Shown piece by piece: positions 25,401-39,022 of a DNA stretch of 64,000 bases; position 1 is the stretch's first letter; every line of letters begins with the position of its first letter. Below the pieces are notes generated by a model that was not told where the DNA came from, searched no databases, and worked only from the letters and a program-made list of their open reading frames with translations. Origin of the DNA: Okamejei kenojei (Eukaryota); NCBI GenBank assembly GCA_035221665.1, contig CM069155.1, forward strand, positions 34,906,001-34,970,000, given 5' to 3'. Both the position numbers and the translations under genes were made by a program.

Positions 25401-27816
25401 TGTAGAACTTGATAAGTCATTGGAGAGATGCTGAATTTCCTTGGCCTTCTGAGAAGGTTTGGAAGTTGGTGTGCACACTTGGCCATAACGTCAATGTATT
25501 TGGACCAGGATAAACTGTTGTGATATTTGCACCGAGAAACCTAAAGCTCTCGGCCATTTCCACTTCAATACCATTGAAACAAACTGGGCATGTACTCCTC
25601 CTCCCTGCGTCCAGAAGTTGTCATATACACTAGGATACAATGATGTTTACAGAATACATAAGTATACATACAGTAATAATAAATACAGCAAAGAAAACAG
25701 GAACAGGTGCTAAACAGCAGGTTGGTGCACGATGTTAGTGCAAGGATTGAACAGTGCAAAATAATATTTAAGGCCCATTCTTAGTCACTGCATATATGAT
25801 TCTTAGTACTGCATATATTATTCATTTTTTTCGGTTTATCAAGTGAAATCTTTTGTGTTATGCTGACAATGTTTAAGGTAAGAGGTCAAATATGACTGGT
25901 CACCTGTGTGTCATAACACGGAAACATTTTACAAATTCTGTAAATTTTAAATAGCTAGAATGTTCATATCTTTAGCAGACATACATTATAGATTCTGTAG
26001 GTAGGAAAATAGCAATGAATAAGATTAATCTCTTACAAGAATCGCTTTGTGATGACATCTGGCCACGTGTGTGACATTTTGGTTCACTTTCCAAAAAATG
26101 GTCCTGAAGTACAATATTGGAATGACCTGCTGAGGTAGTTAAACGCAACTTTGTGGCAGCACTTCCTGGAATGGGGTGTGGAAGAGGGAGAAGATTGGAC
26201 TTTATTACCTTCCATCATAGTGAGGAATGTGGGGAGCCGCTGTGGTGAAATGTTTTTGTTAACTTTTATTTTATGTTACTGTGTGTCTTGTTGCTTTTCA
26301 CTTAGTATGGCTGTATGGTAACTCAAATTTACCTGTACCTTAATTGGTACATGTGAAAAAAAACTGACCTTGAAACCTTGAAAGGGGTGACTGATTCAGC
26401 GGTTAGATAGCAGTGGAGAAGAAGCTGGATGTCCCAGTGTTCAAGCTCCTGTATCTTTTCGTAGAAGTGAGAAAAGGGAATGGCTCGGGTGATAGACATT
26501 TTTAATGATGCCATGCACCATTGAGATGGAGTGGGTGGAAGGAAATGACAAGTCTGTGATGGACTGGGCTGTGCTCTTCACTCTTTGCAGATTGAAGCAG
26601 TTAAGAGCCGAGCAGTTGTCTTCCCGGGCTGAGATGCATCTTGTCAATACTTTCTATTGCACATCTGCGAAAGTTGGAGAGAATCCTCGTGGACATGCCA
26701 AGTCTTCTCCAACGCTTACGAAATATGCTGATGCGCTTTCTTGATCATCACATCAGTGGGAAGGGACGAGATTAGGTTGTTGGTGGTACAGTTATCCAGG
26801 AACTTGGTGTCACGACCTCTACAGCAGTTCCATTGAGGACTGGGCTGTGGATACCCCCTTGCTTTCTTGGGTCAAAAACATCTCTATTATTGATTATTAA
26901 CCTGGTTATTGGTTATTATTAACTTGATTATTAATGACTTGATTATTAACCTGACAATAATTTAGGTTAATTGTTACATATAATTTAGGTTACATTTTAG
27001 TAACATGAATGATAAGAAGCAATGTAAAATAGAGGACAAACTTCTAAGAGACATATAAGAACAGCGAAATCCCAAGGTATATGTATATAATTTGTTGAAA
27101 GCAGTTTTTGTTTTTAAAGGATCTTTAGATTTATAGAGGCACAGAGTGCAAGTGCAAGGACGTTATAATGAGATTTTAATACCAGAGGAGGGGTCTTAAA
27201 TTGCTTTGCACATTTTAAAGGGATTGTATTGTCATTACGACATTGAAATAATGATGTGCTCAAGTCGTTAAATATGACAAGAACCTGCAACCTTCTGACT
27301 GACACGAGCACCTGAATCTGCTTCTTGCTGCCTCAGTAGATTGCTACAACTGAGATTTGCAAAGGATTGTCAGTAAGGGAAAATATCCCTAGTACAGAGA
27401 TGGTCATATCTTCCTGACCTTAAAAAACACAAAAGTTTGTATGAAATCAAAGTAAAGCAAGTTTTATGCTTACGGAAACATTACTTATCCATGTCCTCCA
27501 GAGATACTGCCTGAGTGGCAGAGTTACTCCAGCATTTTGTTTTATTTTATTCACTGTAATGTTGCTTTAATTGACTGAACATAATTGACATTAATTCTCT
27601 GTGCCCAAGTTTATTTTGACTCTCAGCCGTGCTATTTCTCAACCTAAGCGGGAAATGAAAAGAATGAGTTTTCTGTGCTGCTGTGTGTATATAATTTGAA
27701 ATATATTTTGTGTGCTTGTGTTTATTTGGTACTTTTTGGTCATTTATTCTTCCTTCTATCTTTCTGACAAGAGGAGGCAGTTGATAAAATAAAATCATTT
27801 TTGTTGCTGGTTTCAG

Positions 27817-27939
27817 GGTGAACAGAAGTTCTCCAGGGTGGTGCGAGGAAAAATACAAAGCAGCTACCTGCGTTCCCTTCAGGAGATGGGAGAGCTACTG
27901 AGAAAGAGACTGGACACAGTTAAAAGCCTGAAAATTTAA
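27817..27939 (+). CDS. NAA25: NAA25 last coding exon including stop
   Basis: tttcag|GGT. GEQKFSRVVRGKIQSSYLRSLQEMGELLRKRLDTVKSLKI-TAA, matching the recalled NAA25 C-terminus (...EMGELLKKRLETTKKLKI). Confidence 0.95.
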   Translation, partial: GEQKFSRVVRGKIQSSYLRSLQEMGELLRKRLDTVKSLKI

Positions 27940-28133
27940 CTCTTTGAGGCGGAGAGGGAAGAGGAAGGTGGGGGGGGGGGGGGGGGGGAGAGACCAGTGG
28001 CAAAAAAAACTGCTGGGCAATGCCGCTTCACCCCAATACTGTTATCATATGTTCCTAGGACCCCATCAGATGCATCAGCTGATCCAGAACATTTACCAGA
28101 GAGCATGAAGGACTTTGCAACAAAAGAGTTTAA

Positions 28134-28168
28134 AATAAAAGGTTTTTAGAACAAAAAAAGTTAATAAA
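28134..28168 (+). terminator. Candidate proximal poly(A) signals of NAA25
   Basis: AATAAA at 28134-28139 and 28163-28168, about 200 nt after the stop. More AATAAA hexamers lie downstream, so the real 3' end is uncertain. Confidence 0.35.
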
Positions 28169-30716
28169 TTATGTACATAAATTCAGAGTCAGAGGCCTTC
28201 TCTCAGACTTGGCAGCAATATTTTTAGAAACTGTTGGGTGTTTCTCTTGTGTAGTTCAGTGCATGACACACCCAGCAACATCGCTACTAGATGCCGAGAA
28301 GTCAAGAGAAACATCAGACTGTGTTCAGTAGAAAATAGTACCTGTGTCGGTGCTGAAATTTTGACTGCAGCTTTTACATCACACATTGGTGTACAGACTG
28401 TATATGTTAAGTATCATATGTTCCATCATAATTTATTCAATATTTCAATTTTAATGTTTTTACTTGTATAAAATTTATGTTGCCTAAGCAGAACTCACTT
28501 TCAGCAACTGTGAAACACAGAAAATGTGCTCTTTCATTGTGAATCCGACTTCTCAAATTCATTCCCTTATTCTACCGTTCTCTTCCTCGAGGTTTTTAAC
28601 TTTGAAGGGGTTTTATTTTGCTTTTAAGGTGCTTCACTGTCAATTTTTTTTTCTTTTTTTCCCCCCCCAAGGTGTGTGTAAGCCACTTACCTGCAGTTTA
28701 TTGCGAATGGAATTAATACGTACGGTAGTTCTGAACAGACTAGGGGAGTCAAAATAATCTTCAGGCAAGTTGTTCAAAACCAGAAGATGTCAATGCCCGT
28801 CATATTTAACGCTGCCTCTATTCGCTGCCTCTGGTAAAAAATGCATCACATCTAATAGAGGCGGCCCCTCCATTTGCGTTCACTTCAGTTGACAACCAGG
28901 ACTAACAAAGAGAGGAGGAAACCTAATGTATTAAAGTTATAAAAGTATTCTTTGACAGGCGAGCCTGGATTTAAGAGATGAATTCAAATGTTAAACAGAA
29001 GATTGGAACTTATGGTGTATTTATCCTAAGTGTATTGCAAATATCTATCACCCTCCGAGACAAGAGACTTGAGTTTGAAAATAATTGCAGAACCCGATTC
29101 ATGCAAGCCTGCATCATGTGCTTCCCCTAGTGGTTGAATGAGTTATGTATTGTTGAACAATGTACATCAAATTTATTTCATTTACGCTCGGTTTGCTAAT
29201 GTCAAAATGGCTTTGAATTCTTAAATCAACAGTATTCCAAAGGATGAACATATCAAGTAACCCATTATTTTTCCGTAGTTTTTGCCCCACCCCCGCCAAG
29301 AGAAAGTATTTTCGTTTTAAATTAAACTGGGGTCAGTGTATTTTGGTGTGCTGTCAATTATGAAAAATCTGTCAACAGTCTTGATCTACTCTTGGTTTTG
29401 GATAAATTGCAAAAAGACGTCCGACCACCTTAAAATTTCCAAAGGATTGAGATGGTACTTCGAGAAAAGTGGGCGGGAAGGGGGAGAGGCAGGAAATTGA
29501 AAATGTTTCCTTGGCTTGCACATCAGTGTGAATTTTGTGCAGCAGCGCCATTTCAAGTTTGTATGTTCTCCAGCTTCAAATAAGCGAGGGGGTAGCATGT
29601 GAACGCAAAGAGCAGAGAAGCTGCTCACCTTAGAGCAAAGTAGGTTAAGATTTGACGAAGGTGTTTAAAATCCAGCAGGGTTATGAGGGGACTGTTTCCG
29701 GTGGTAAATGGAGGAAACAGAGGTCAGGAAAGAATCAAAGATCAATATAGTGATTATGATCTGGAAAGTCCTGCCTGAAAGGGTGACAGAAACCAATCCA
29801 ACAATTTCCTAAAGAGAATTGATTAATTACATGGCAAGACTATTTTCAGATTCTGTGGGAAAATAACCTGGGGGTATGTGTATAATTGGGGTTCACTGCT
29901 AAAAGCTAGCACTGGTAATTTGGCCTGAATGGCTTCCCTCATTCTGTCAGCCCACAAGTAAATGTGATCCCACGTTGACCCAAGGTTCTTTCTACTTTGA
30001 AGCTGGGATCTTGTTTTCTGTTTTGGATCACTTGTAGGAACCTTTACAAGAAGAGTTTTCATTTTCTCTCAACTACATTCAAGGCACTGCATAACAATTT
30101 TCATAACCCATTTCCCAGAGCATAATGCTGTTGAATGGAAATAAAAATTTGTCTCCTGTAATATAGGTGTCTAAAAAAATATAATTAGGGCCATGATTGA
30201 GAGAGTGCCTGGAGCATTATTGCTCCAATCAATTAAAAATCGGCAATGCATGGTAAAGGTGCAAAATACCAAAATGGGAAATTTTATCAAATTAGCCAAA
30301 TGCGTATTATGTGCAGTGTGGAAATGATATGAAGGCATTAAACAACTGGATAACATTCTTTTAAGTCTAGTTTTTGCCCATAAAAATAAACTCTTTATCT
30401 TTAACTATCAAATCATATAGCTTCTCATTGTGCCGTGTTCTTTTACAACAGTGAACTAGTTACACAGTTGACCACACTTTATATGAATGTGATATACCCC
30501 ATATTGTTTTACATAAATGTAACATTGATCAGCAGTTTGAACTTCAATGTGCAAGACAAACCATGTCCTGATCTACCATTGCCTTAGCAGGATGCTATTA
30601 TTGTCCATGTTTTCTGTTTATAATAGGAACAATGGAAAATATTCATGACCAGACGTTGTTATGGGATTGGGTGCTGTTGGCAGTCTGGCGTTTGCTTTCC
30701 ACTCTATTGATAATGT

Positions 30717-30939
30717 GTATAGACACAAAATGCTGGAGCAACTCATCAGGCCAGGCAGCATCTGGATAGAAGGAATGGGTGATGTTTCGGGTCGAGACGC
30801 TTCTTCAGACTGAAGAAGGGTCTCGACCCAAAAGGTCACCCATTCCTTCTATCCAGAGATGCTACCTGTCCCGCTGAGTTACTCCAGCATTTTGTGTCTA
30901 TCTTTGGTGTAGTCCACCTTATGCAGTTCCTCACTGCAC
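30717..30939. mobile_element. Palindromic Penelope-derived mini-element
   Basis: About 90-bp arms centred on TTCTTCAG-A-CTGAAGAA (30809); flanking direct repeat ATTGATAATGT at 30706-30716 and 30940-30950. Confidence 0.8.
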
Positions 30940-33900
30940 ATTGATAATGTACTCCCTGGCTCGGGATTTGATGCATTGGTTTTGAGATCTAAAATATAAA
31001 ATTTCAAAACTTTTTGTAGTTTTAAATTTTAAACTTAATGATCTGGGTCTGTGAAAACAAAATTGATGCTGCCGTTAATTTTTCCTACTCTTTACAAGTG
31101 GAATTCAAATTCAGATATTTTTAAAATCTGGGTTAATGTTTACTGCCTTTATATTGCTTTAGGTCTTTCAGCCATGATCACATTGAATGGCGGTGCTGGC
31201 TCGAAGGGCCGAAGGGCCTACTCCTGCACCTATTGTCTTCCTGATTCATCTAGCCATGGTTCCAAGATAATTGTTCCTTTGTGCTCACCACTCTTTCCCC
31301 TCCTGTGGAGTCTGAGTCGTAGAGTCTTACAGCATGGAAACGGGGCTTTCGGCCCAACTTGCCCACACCAGCTAATATATCCCATCTTCACTAGGCCCAC
31401 CTGTCTGCATCTGGCCCATATCCCTTTAAACCGGTCCTATCCATGCACCTGTCTAACTGTTTCTTAAATGTTGTACCTGCCTCAACTGCCATTCACATTG
31501 TTCCATTCACCCACCACCCTTTGCATGATAAAATTACCCCTTGGGTTCCTATTAAATCTTTCCCCCCCCCCCCCCCCCACCTTAAACCCATGTCCTCTGG
31601 TTCTTGGTTCTCCTACTCTGGGCAAGAGAATATCTGCGCCTATCCCATCAGTTCCTCTCGTGATTTTGTACGCCTCGAAAGGTAGTACTGCCCAGTTTCT
31701 CTTGGTTCAGGAAAGATTGGGAGCTGATTGGAAAGTTGCAACGTGGAGTTGCATTTTTGCTTTGTTGCTGAAACGATATGGCTCAGGTACAATATAGTTG
31801 TTCGATATCAAACATGATTGATTGTGGTGTTTTCCCCGTAATGATCTACATGAAATGAAGCAGAATGCCATATCATGTTGATCATTAAGCTGTATATAAT
31901 ATAAAAAGCTCTAAATTCCATCCACACTGTTAATGATTACACAAGCCTTGTGCAATTCAAATTGGAAGCCAGCCTAGAATAAATAAATATTCTGATTTTT
32001 AATATCCTCAACTGTACATGTGAATAACTGCATTGTAACTGCATAATTGTACACCGTTCAACTGTACACCTGAATAATAGTGATTAGCATGACCTACACA
32101 AATTCTAAACTTCCTATTAAACTCAAACATGTAATAAAAACAGAAAATCGGTTCACGCAGGGTTCACACACTTTTTAATTTCAGATTTTCAGCATCTACA
32201 CTTAACAAATTTGCATCATATAACTATTTATGGAAATTGCCCAATTTAAATTCTGAACATTTACCTACTTCATGGCGGAATATAAATTGATTACATTTGC
32301 CTTTTTTCCTCGACATTTGCCTTTTATTCCCTATATTAGGTGAGGGAGATTCAGAGCACCTTTGCTCGGAGGCTGGATCCTATGAACGTTGCAATCTTGG
32401 CATAGAGGACAGACACATAAAGCTGGAGTAACTCGGTGGGACAGGCAGCATCTCTGGAGAGACATAAAGGAACTCTCTTTAGTCCCTTGCAATACTCCAT
32501 TGAGGTGAGGAAGGAAGCTTCATGTCTGACCAGATTGCAGGAATTGGAGAAGTAACAACACAGAAAGCATTTAGAATAATCCCAGTTCCCAAGACTAGCT
32601 TTGTGGGTTGTGGCAAAGTGAGTATTCATTGTGGTATGTTTAAATACAGGCAGTCAATTCTTCACCCCTCCTACTCATTAGGTTGAAAAATAATTGTTTC
32701 CTCTAATTTTTTCTGTCAAATGCCTTTTACATTTATCCCCTTACTATTATTGACTTCCTTGTTTGTGGAAATGTCTGTCTTGATGAACCTATTTCACTTT
32801 AAATCCTGATTTTCATTATCCATGAAAACCTCCATTAATTTGTCCATCAAGATGTCAGTTGACTCATTCACCGTATTACCTCTTTAAACACAAATAACAG
32901 ATGAACTTCCTTTACAGTCTTCCAGCATTGCACTGATTTGGGGGAAAAGTAAAAGAGCAGTGACAATAACAATTTTCCCCAATCCTTTTTCACAAAGGAG
33001 AGCTGATATGGGTATTGCACTCAAGGAGGAAGTGAAGAACAATGGATAAGATTGTCAATATTGGAGGAATTATTCAGGTGCTTACCTTTAATGAGGCACA
33101 TAGTCTGCAATTCAATTTGTCTGCTGGCAAAGTACCTCATTAAAGATAAGAAACACCTGAATAATTCCTTCCCCATTGATCTTCTTATCCATTATTACTC
33201 GCTTCCTCCTTGACTGCAATGTCCTGTACCAATTCTCTTTTATGAAGACATCTCGGCTATTTCTTCAGAACCATATCTATGTAATCTGCCAACATATTTG
33301 GGTTCTTTCTTTTGGTCACTATTGGACCTTGCTCTTTCCTTTATTTTTCCTTGTCCTATGTTGATAGAAGCATTCTTGGATTCCTTGATTTTTACCTCTG
33401 CTTTCTGCAGTATTGAACAGTTGTAACTTGATCAAAAGCTGTCCTCCTTGCAGCAGCATCTGCAGTATGCTGCTCTACACCACGTGGATCCAGGTTTTGG
33501 AGTTGATCAGCTTTCCCTTCGAGGCAACATTATTTGATTGTTGTTACTACCATGAAATGCAATGTTTTGCACTTGCCTTGTACAATAACCATTTCTAATC
33601 ATTTCAGATCGCTGCCAACTCAGTTTTGACATATTTATTGAGTAATTCTCTGTAAATCTGCCAGTTTAATTTAACGTGTACCAGATACGCCCTGCTCTTT
33701 TGTTCTATTTAAAGTTGTTGGCAAATTCACTTGCCACTTAGTCGTACAGTTGTAAAGCATTAGAAACAGGTCCTTCAACTCACTAGATCTATGCCAACCA
33801 TCGTATCCATCTGTCCTACTTGCCTGCATTAACCCCACATCCCTCTATGTCCTGACTCTTAATTGTTGTTTCTGTTACTGAAGTTCAATGATATGCAAGT

Positions 33901-36804
33901 AAAATATTGTTGCACCTGTGTAATGTTTTGTTTATAACAAAAATCTCAAAAGCTGCTAAAATGAAGAATCGTGAAGAAATGTAAACCTGTTTTTTTTGGG
34001 AGTGTCTTCATTTTGTAAATGTAGTTAATAGTAGAACTCTTGGTTTAAGCAATTATAGTTATTTGGGATTGTCCATTCCGGGCTTTTTAGTGTTTCATTA
34101 AAACGAGGAATATAAAGTAGACATTTAACATAACTAGATCCAATCTTGTATCTATAGATTTTTGACATAGATGAGTTGGGCCGAAGGACTTGTTTCCGTG
34201 CTACATGACTCTAACTCTAAGTAGTGCTTTTAAGGGGTGAATTTAACTTTTAAGATGTTTTCATGGAAATTTTTAGGAAAATTGCAAACATGATCTGAAT
34301 TCTTAATTTACAAGTTTTATCTATACATGGCTTTCCCTTTCAATGCTAATCAATGCATTGCAGAGTTTTCAATGCAAGTGAAAAAATAAAGCCTGTGGTT
34401 TTCTTCACAATTATTTTCTGCCTTCTTCCACAACCCTGTCAAAAAATTTGACTCGCACTTCGATGTTAAACACGCATAAGCATGTATGCTTAAGAAGGAA
34501 CTGCAGATGCTGGTTCTGAAGAAGGTCCCGAAACGTCATCCCTTCCTTCTCTCCAGAGATGCCTGTCCCGCTGAGTTACTCCAGCTTTTTGTGTCTGAGC
34601 ATGTATGTTTCGAGTATTGCTTGGATGTCTGCACTCCTGGCTGCACCTTCCACCTCCCCCCACCCATTACCCAATTTGGCCATCATGTGCAACCCTATTC
34701 ATAATTCATGAATCAGTATCGAACGCATACATTCATGCTGTTTGGAATTTCTGGAAGCTTAAAACAGATGACTTCTAGGACTTGATGCCGCTCCACCCAG
34801 TTGACTGGATTGTTAAACATAGCACGATATCTTTAAAAGGAAATAGCTTTGTCAAAGTTTTTTTTTTCCTAAATCCAAGAGAGCTTGCATTTAAAACCAG
34901 GAAAATGCATAAAAATGGGGTGCGTTTTCGCATCATCTCTTTCTACACAAAAATGAAAGTTTAACCCAAAATCAAGTTGCTCGTTGATAATCCTTGAATC
35001 TGTCTGTCTCTTTATCAACTGTGCTATTCACACAGCGTGGCTGGGTGGAGATGTAGATATCGGAAATTGACAATTTTTAATGATCTCCTGGCATGAATTT
35101 TTAAATTCGGAATTGAAGTGTGATACGCATGCTGTGATCCCATTGACAAGCCAAACGGTGTTAATATAAGGATTAAAGAATACGAATTGTGCTGGATTTT
35201 CTGCTAGAGACAGCCTGTTGATTTAATAAAGGGAGGGAATTTTTTGGTGATTGAGCTGTATGACACGTTGATAAACTAAGGAGCAGACAAAAGTATCGGT
35301 ACTGCATCCCTGACCGTGACAGTCACAAAGCATATGTATATGCTGCAGCAACTTCATGTTTAATTTGGTTAATAGTTCATGGAAAGATGACGAGTTTATC
35401 CTGGGCAATTAAAATTCTTGACTGGAGTTAGGCTCTTACTTTGTAACAGATGTTCTTCTAGCTTACAGCTTTCTAAGACAATTTGTCCAATTTGAAATGT
35501 AGTTTAGTGAGCCTTGCATTTCTTTTAATCCTGCTGTATTTTTCAGAGCTGCAGTTATCTTCCTCATTTTATTCTCCTTTCCAAATCTTGCTCTTGGTTA
35601 TAGATTCTGCTGTTTTATCTGATACATATTTGTAAATACTGTTTCTCTTTGAGTGTCTCCATATTTAATTAATCCAGAGAGTTTGGATTTACTAAGGCTG
35701 TGATGTCTCCGGAAGACCATTTTGTATGTAACAGAATTGGACAGCTGAGAATTCAGCAGGTTTCTGGGTGTATATTTAAATCTAAAGATTACTAAAGCAA
35801 TAAAGGTCAGCCAATAATTAAACTAACTTTTCAGTGTTGTATCTGATCTTTTACAACTGTCTTGTCTGTCTCTGCATCTGCCTCTGGGGCTTGCAATAGA
35901 TTGAAATACTGTCCTTCCATGGCATGGGACGTCATTGAAGCATTATTGTACATGCAATTTTGGACTTGCACTTACAGTATGTTTAACTGTATATGGTCCT
36001 ATAACTATCCATGTTGTCCTCTTTCTGGGGAATCTCTCCAATAATTCTGTTTGAGAAATTCACTTGGGTTCCTGCTTGTTCATGAGACTTTAATATATTA
36101 TGTTCTATGCCACTGAAAGCAGTGGAGGCCAATTCACTGGATGTTTTCAAGAGTTAGATTTAGCCCTTTGGGCTAACGGAATCAAGGGATATGGGGGAAA
36201 AAGCAGAAATGGGGTACTGATTTCGGATGATCAGCCAAGATCATATTGAATGGCAGTGCTGGCTCGAAGGGACAAATGGCCTACTTCTGCACCTATTTTT
36301 CTATGTTAACAGGCCTAAGGCGCTACTCGTTAAAAAATACGCATTCATGCAATTACAAATGCACTGGTCCACCTAGCACCCAATCATGATAATTGGCACC
36401 AAACAATCTTAAACGAGGAATTATTGTAGCTTTAGTTAAATTCACCAAATTTAAGAGATTCTTGTGATTGTGAAGGGACTAACTTTATAAAGTCAAACCC
36501 AACTTGAAAGCGCTGATCAGGAAGCAAATGACAACTGAAATGACTTTGAGATGTTGATCTTTCAACATATGAATTGTTCAAAAATTATCATTTAGGAAAT
36601 GGATTGCTTTTAATCTGCAGATGCAGTTCTGTGGGTTTGACTGATTGTGATTAGAAATCGATCAACTCCATAAATTGAAGTAGAACAATATTTTGCAGGA
36701 TTCCACATCAGTGATGCAAGTGTATAAAATCATGAGAGGAATAGTTCAGATAGATGCACAGAATCTCTTGCCCAGAGTAGGGGAATCGAGGACCAGAGGA
36801 CATA

Positions 36805-37440
36805 CAGTACCCTCCATAATGTTTGGGATAAAGACCCATCATTTATTTATTTGCCTCTGTACTCCACAATTTGAGATTTGTAATAGAAAAAAATCACATG
36901 TGGTTAACGTGCACATAGACAGATTTTAATAAAGGCCATTTTTATACATTTTGGTTTCACCATGTAGAAAATACAGGAATGTCCCTCCATTTCAGGGCAC
37001 CATAATGTTTGGGACACAGCAATGTCATGTAAATGAAAGTGGTCATGTTTAGTATTCTGTTGTACATCCTTTGCCTGCAATGACCACTTGAAGTCTGCAA
37101 TTCAAAGACATCACCAGTTGCCCGGTGTCTTCTCTGGTTATACTCTGCCGGGCCTGTACTACAGCCGTCTTTCGCTTATGCCTGTTTTGGGAACTAGTCC
37201 CCTTCAGTTTTCTCTTCAGCATATAAAAGGCATGCTCAATTGTGTTCAGATTGGGTGATTGATTTGGCCACTCAAGAATTGACCATTTTTTAGCTTTGAA
37301 AAACCCCTTTGTTGCTCTTGCAGTCTGCTTGTAATCATTGTCTTGCAGTAGAATGAACCTCCAGCCAATGAGTTTTGATGCATTTGTTTGAACTTGAGCA
37401 GATAGGATGTGTCTATACACTTCAGAATTCATTATGCTAT
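36805..37440 (-). mobile_element. Truncated Tc1 copy (one TIR), inserted at TA in a CR1 3' fragment
   Basis: TA|CAGTACCCTCCATAATGTTTGG; ORF 37049-37483 contains LQDND...WPNQSPNLNTIEH. Confidence 0.85.
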
Positions 37441-38165
37441 ATTCCTTGATTCCGTTCGCCCGGAGAGTATATCTAACTCTCATCTAACTAGTACTTTTGT
37501 TATGTATGGTTGTATCATAACATTGCTGACAAAAGTTAGCCTTTTAAGTTTTCCCCAAAATCTGAGTCCTTGTTATTTGTTGAATTCTGTCAGACGTTTA
37601 CTGTGTATATATCTTTATCTGTGTGTTTTTTTGTAACCTTAGCCAATATATCGTTGACAATCCTCCTTCCCTTTCCACATGTCCTTGGTGCGTGTCTTTA
37701 TTGATATGTTGAATTCCTGTTTCTTCCGAGGGTACAGTAGACATTCTGTGCCTAACATGAAATGGCAACAGACTGTCCTGGACTTGAAACAAAATGGTTG
37801 AGACAGCAACAGGCAAGATAAAATGAGGAAGTCATGGTGCAGTTTTTTGGACTTGGCTTCGGATGCATTTTGAGTATTGTGTGCAGTTCTGATCGCCCCA
37901 TTACAAGAATAACATGGAGGCTTTGGAAAAGGGTACAGAGGTTTACCAGAATTATGTTGGGAATAGAGGGTATTTAGTTACAGGGAGAGGTTGAACAGGC
38001 TTGGATTGGTTTCTCTGGAACTCTGAACGTTGTGGGGAAACCTGAGAGAAGTGTATACATTTTTTTTAAAGAGAGGTATGGATAGGACAGACGGTCCGAA
38101 TTCCTGCAGCAGTAAGAATTTCACTCTGGGTAATGCATTCAAGTACCAAGCTGAATAATGCACAA

Positions 38166-39022
38166 AGTACTCGAGTAAATTAGCGGGTCAGGCACCATCT
38201 TTGGAGAGAGACAAAAATGCTGGAGAAACTCAGCGGGTGCGGCAGCATCTATGGAGCGAAGGAAATAGGCAACGCTTCAGGCCGAAACCCTTCTTCAGAC
38301 TGATGTGAGGGTGGGGGGAATAAGAAAGGAAAAGGAGGAGCCAGAGGGAGAGCTAGGAAGGGGAGGAGAAAGTAAGGACTACCTGAAATTAAAGAAGTCA
38401 ATGTTCATACTGCTGGGGTACAAACTGCCCAAGCGAAATATGAGATGTTGCGCCTCCAATTTCCGGTGGTCCTCACTCTGACCATGGAGGAGGCCCAGGA
38501 CAGAAAGTTCGGATACGGAATGGGAGGGAGAGTTGAAGTGCTGAGCCACCGGGAGATTAGGTTGGTTATTGCGAACCGAGCGGAGGTGTTCGGCGAAACG
38601 ATCGCCAAGCCTACGCTTGGTCGCACCGATGTAGATCAGCTGACATCTAGAGCAGTGGATGCAATAGATGAGGTTGGAGGAGGTGCAGGTGAACCTCTGC
38701 CGCACCTGGAAACACGGCTTGGGTCCTTGATTGGAGTCAAGGGGGGAGGTAAAGTGACAAGTGTAGCATTTCTTGCGGTTGCAAGGGAAAGTGCCCGGCG
38801 AGGGGGTAGTTTGGGTGGGAAGGGACGAATGGACCAGGGAGTATGGAGGGAGCGGTGTCTGCGGAAAGCGGACGGGGAGGAGATGGGAAGATGTGGCAAG
38901 TGGTTCCGCCCAAAACGTCACCCATCCTTTATCTCCCGAGATGCTGCCTGACCTGCTGAGTTACTCCAGCACTTTGTGACTATCTTCACTATAAACCATG
39001 ATCTGCAGTTCCTTCCTACACA
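38166..39022 (-). mobile_element. 5'-truncated Penelope-like retroelement (GIY-YIG endonuclease, Neptune-like) with an inverted terminal segment
   Basis: ORF 38379-38921(-): PCNRKKCYTC linker, NLIYCIHCSRCQLIYIGATKRRL..RFAEH..HF..H..E..I..L..MN. The 3' UTR carries a CTGAAGA...GAA motif, an inverted copy of the 3' end lies at about 38905-39022, and the flanks repeat CTGAATAATGCACAA (38151-38165 and 39023-39037). Confidence 0.88.

Noticed and set aside
27969-27988. Functional G-quadruplex in the NAA25 3' UTR (and poly-C at 50399-50422)
   Set aside because: Similar homopolymer runs occur throughout the window and their lengths are error-prone, so there is no specific support.
32480-36090. Possible decayed coding sequence on - between NAA25 and ERP29 (A-rich strand bias at about 32.5-33.6 kb and 35.4-36.1 kb)
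   Set aside because: No sustained reading frame or recognisable motif by eye; it may be an old retroelement relic. A tblastx/HMM search would be needed.
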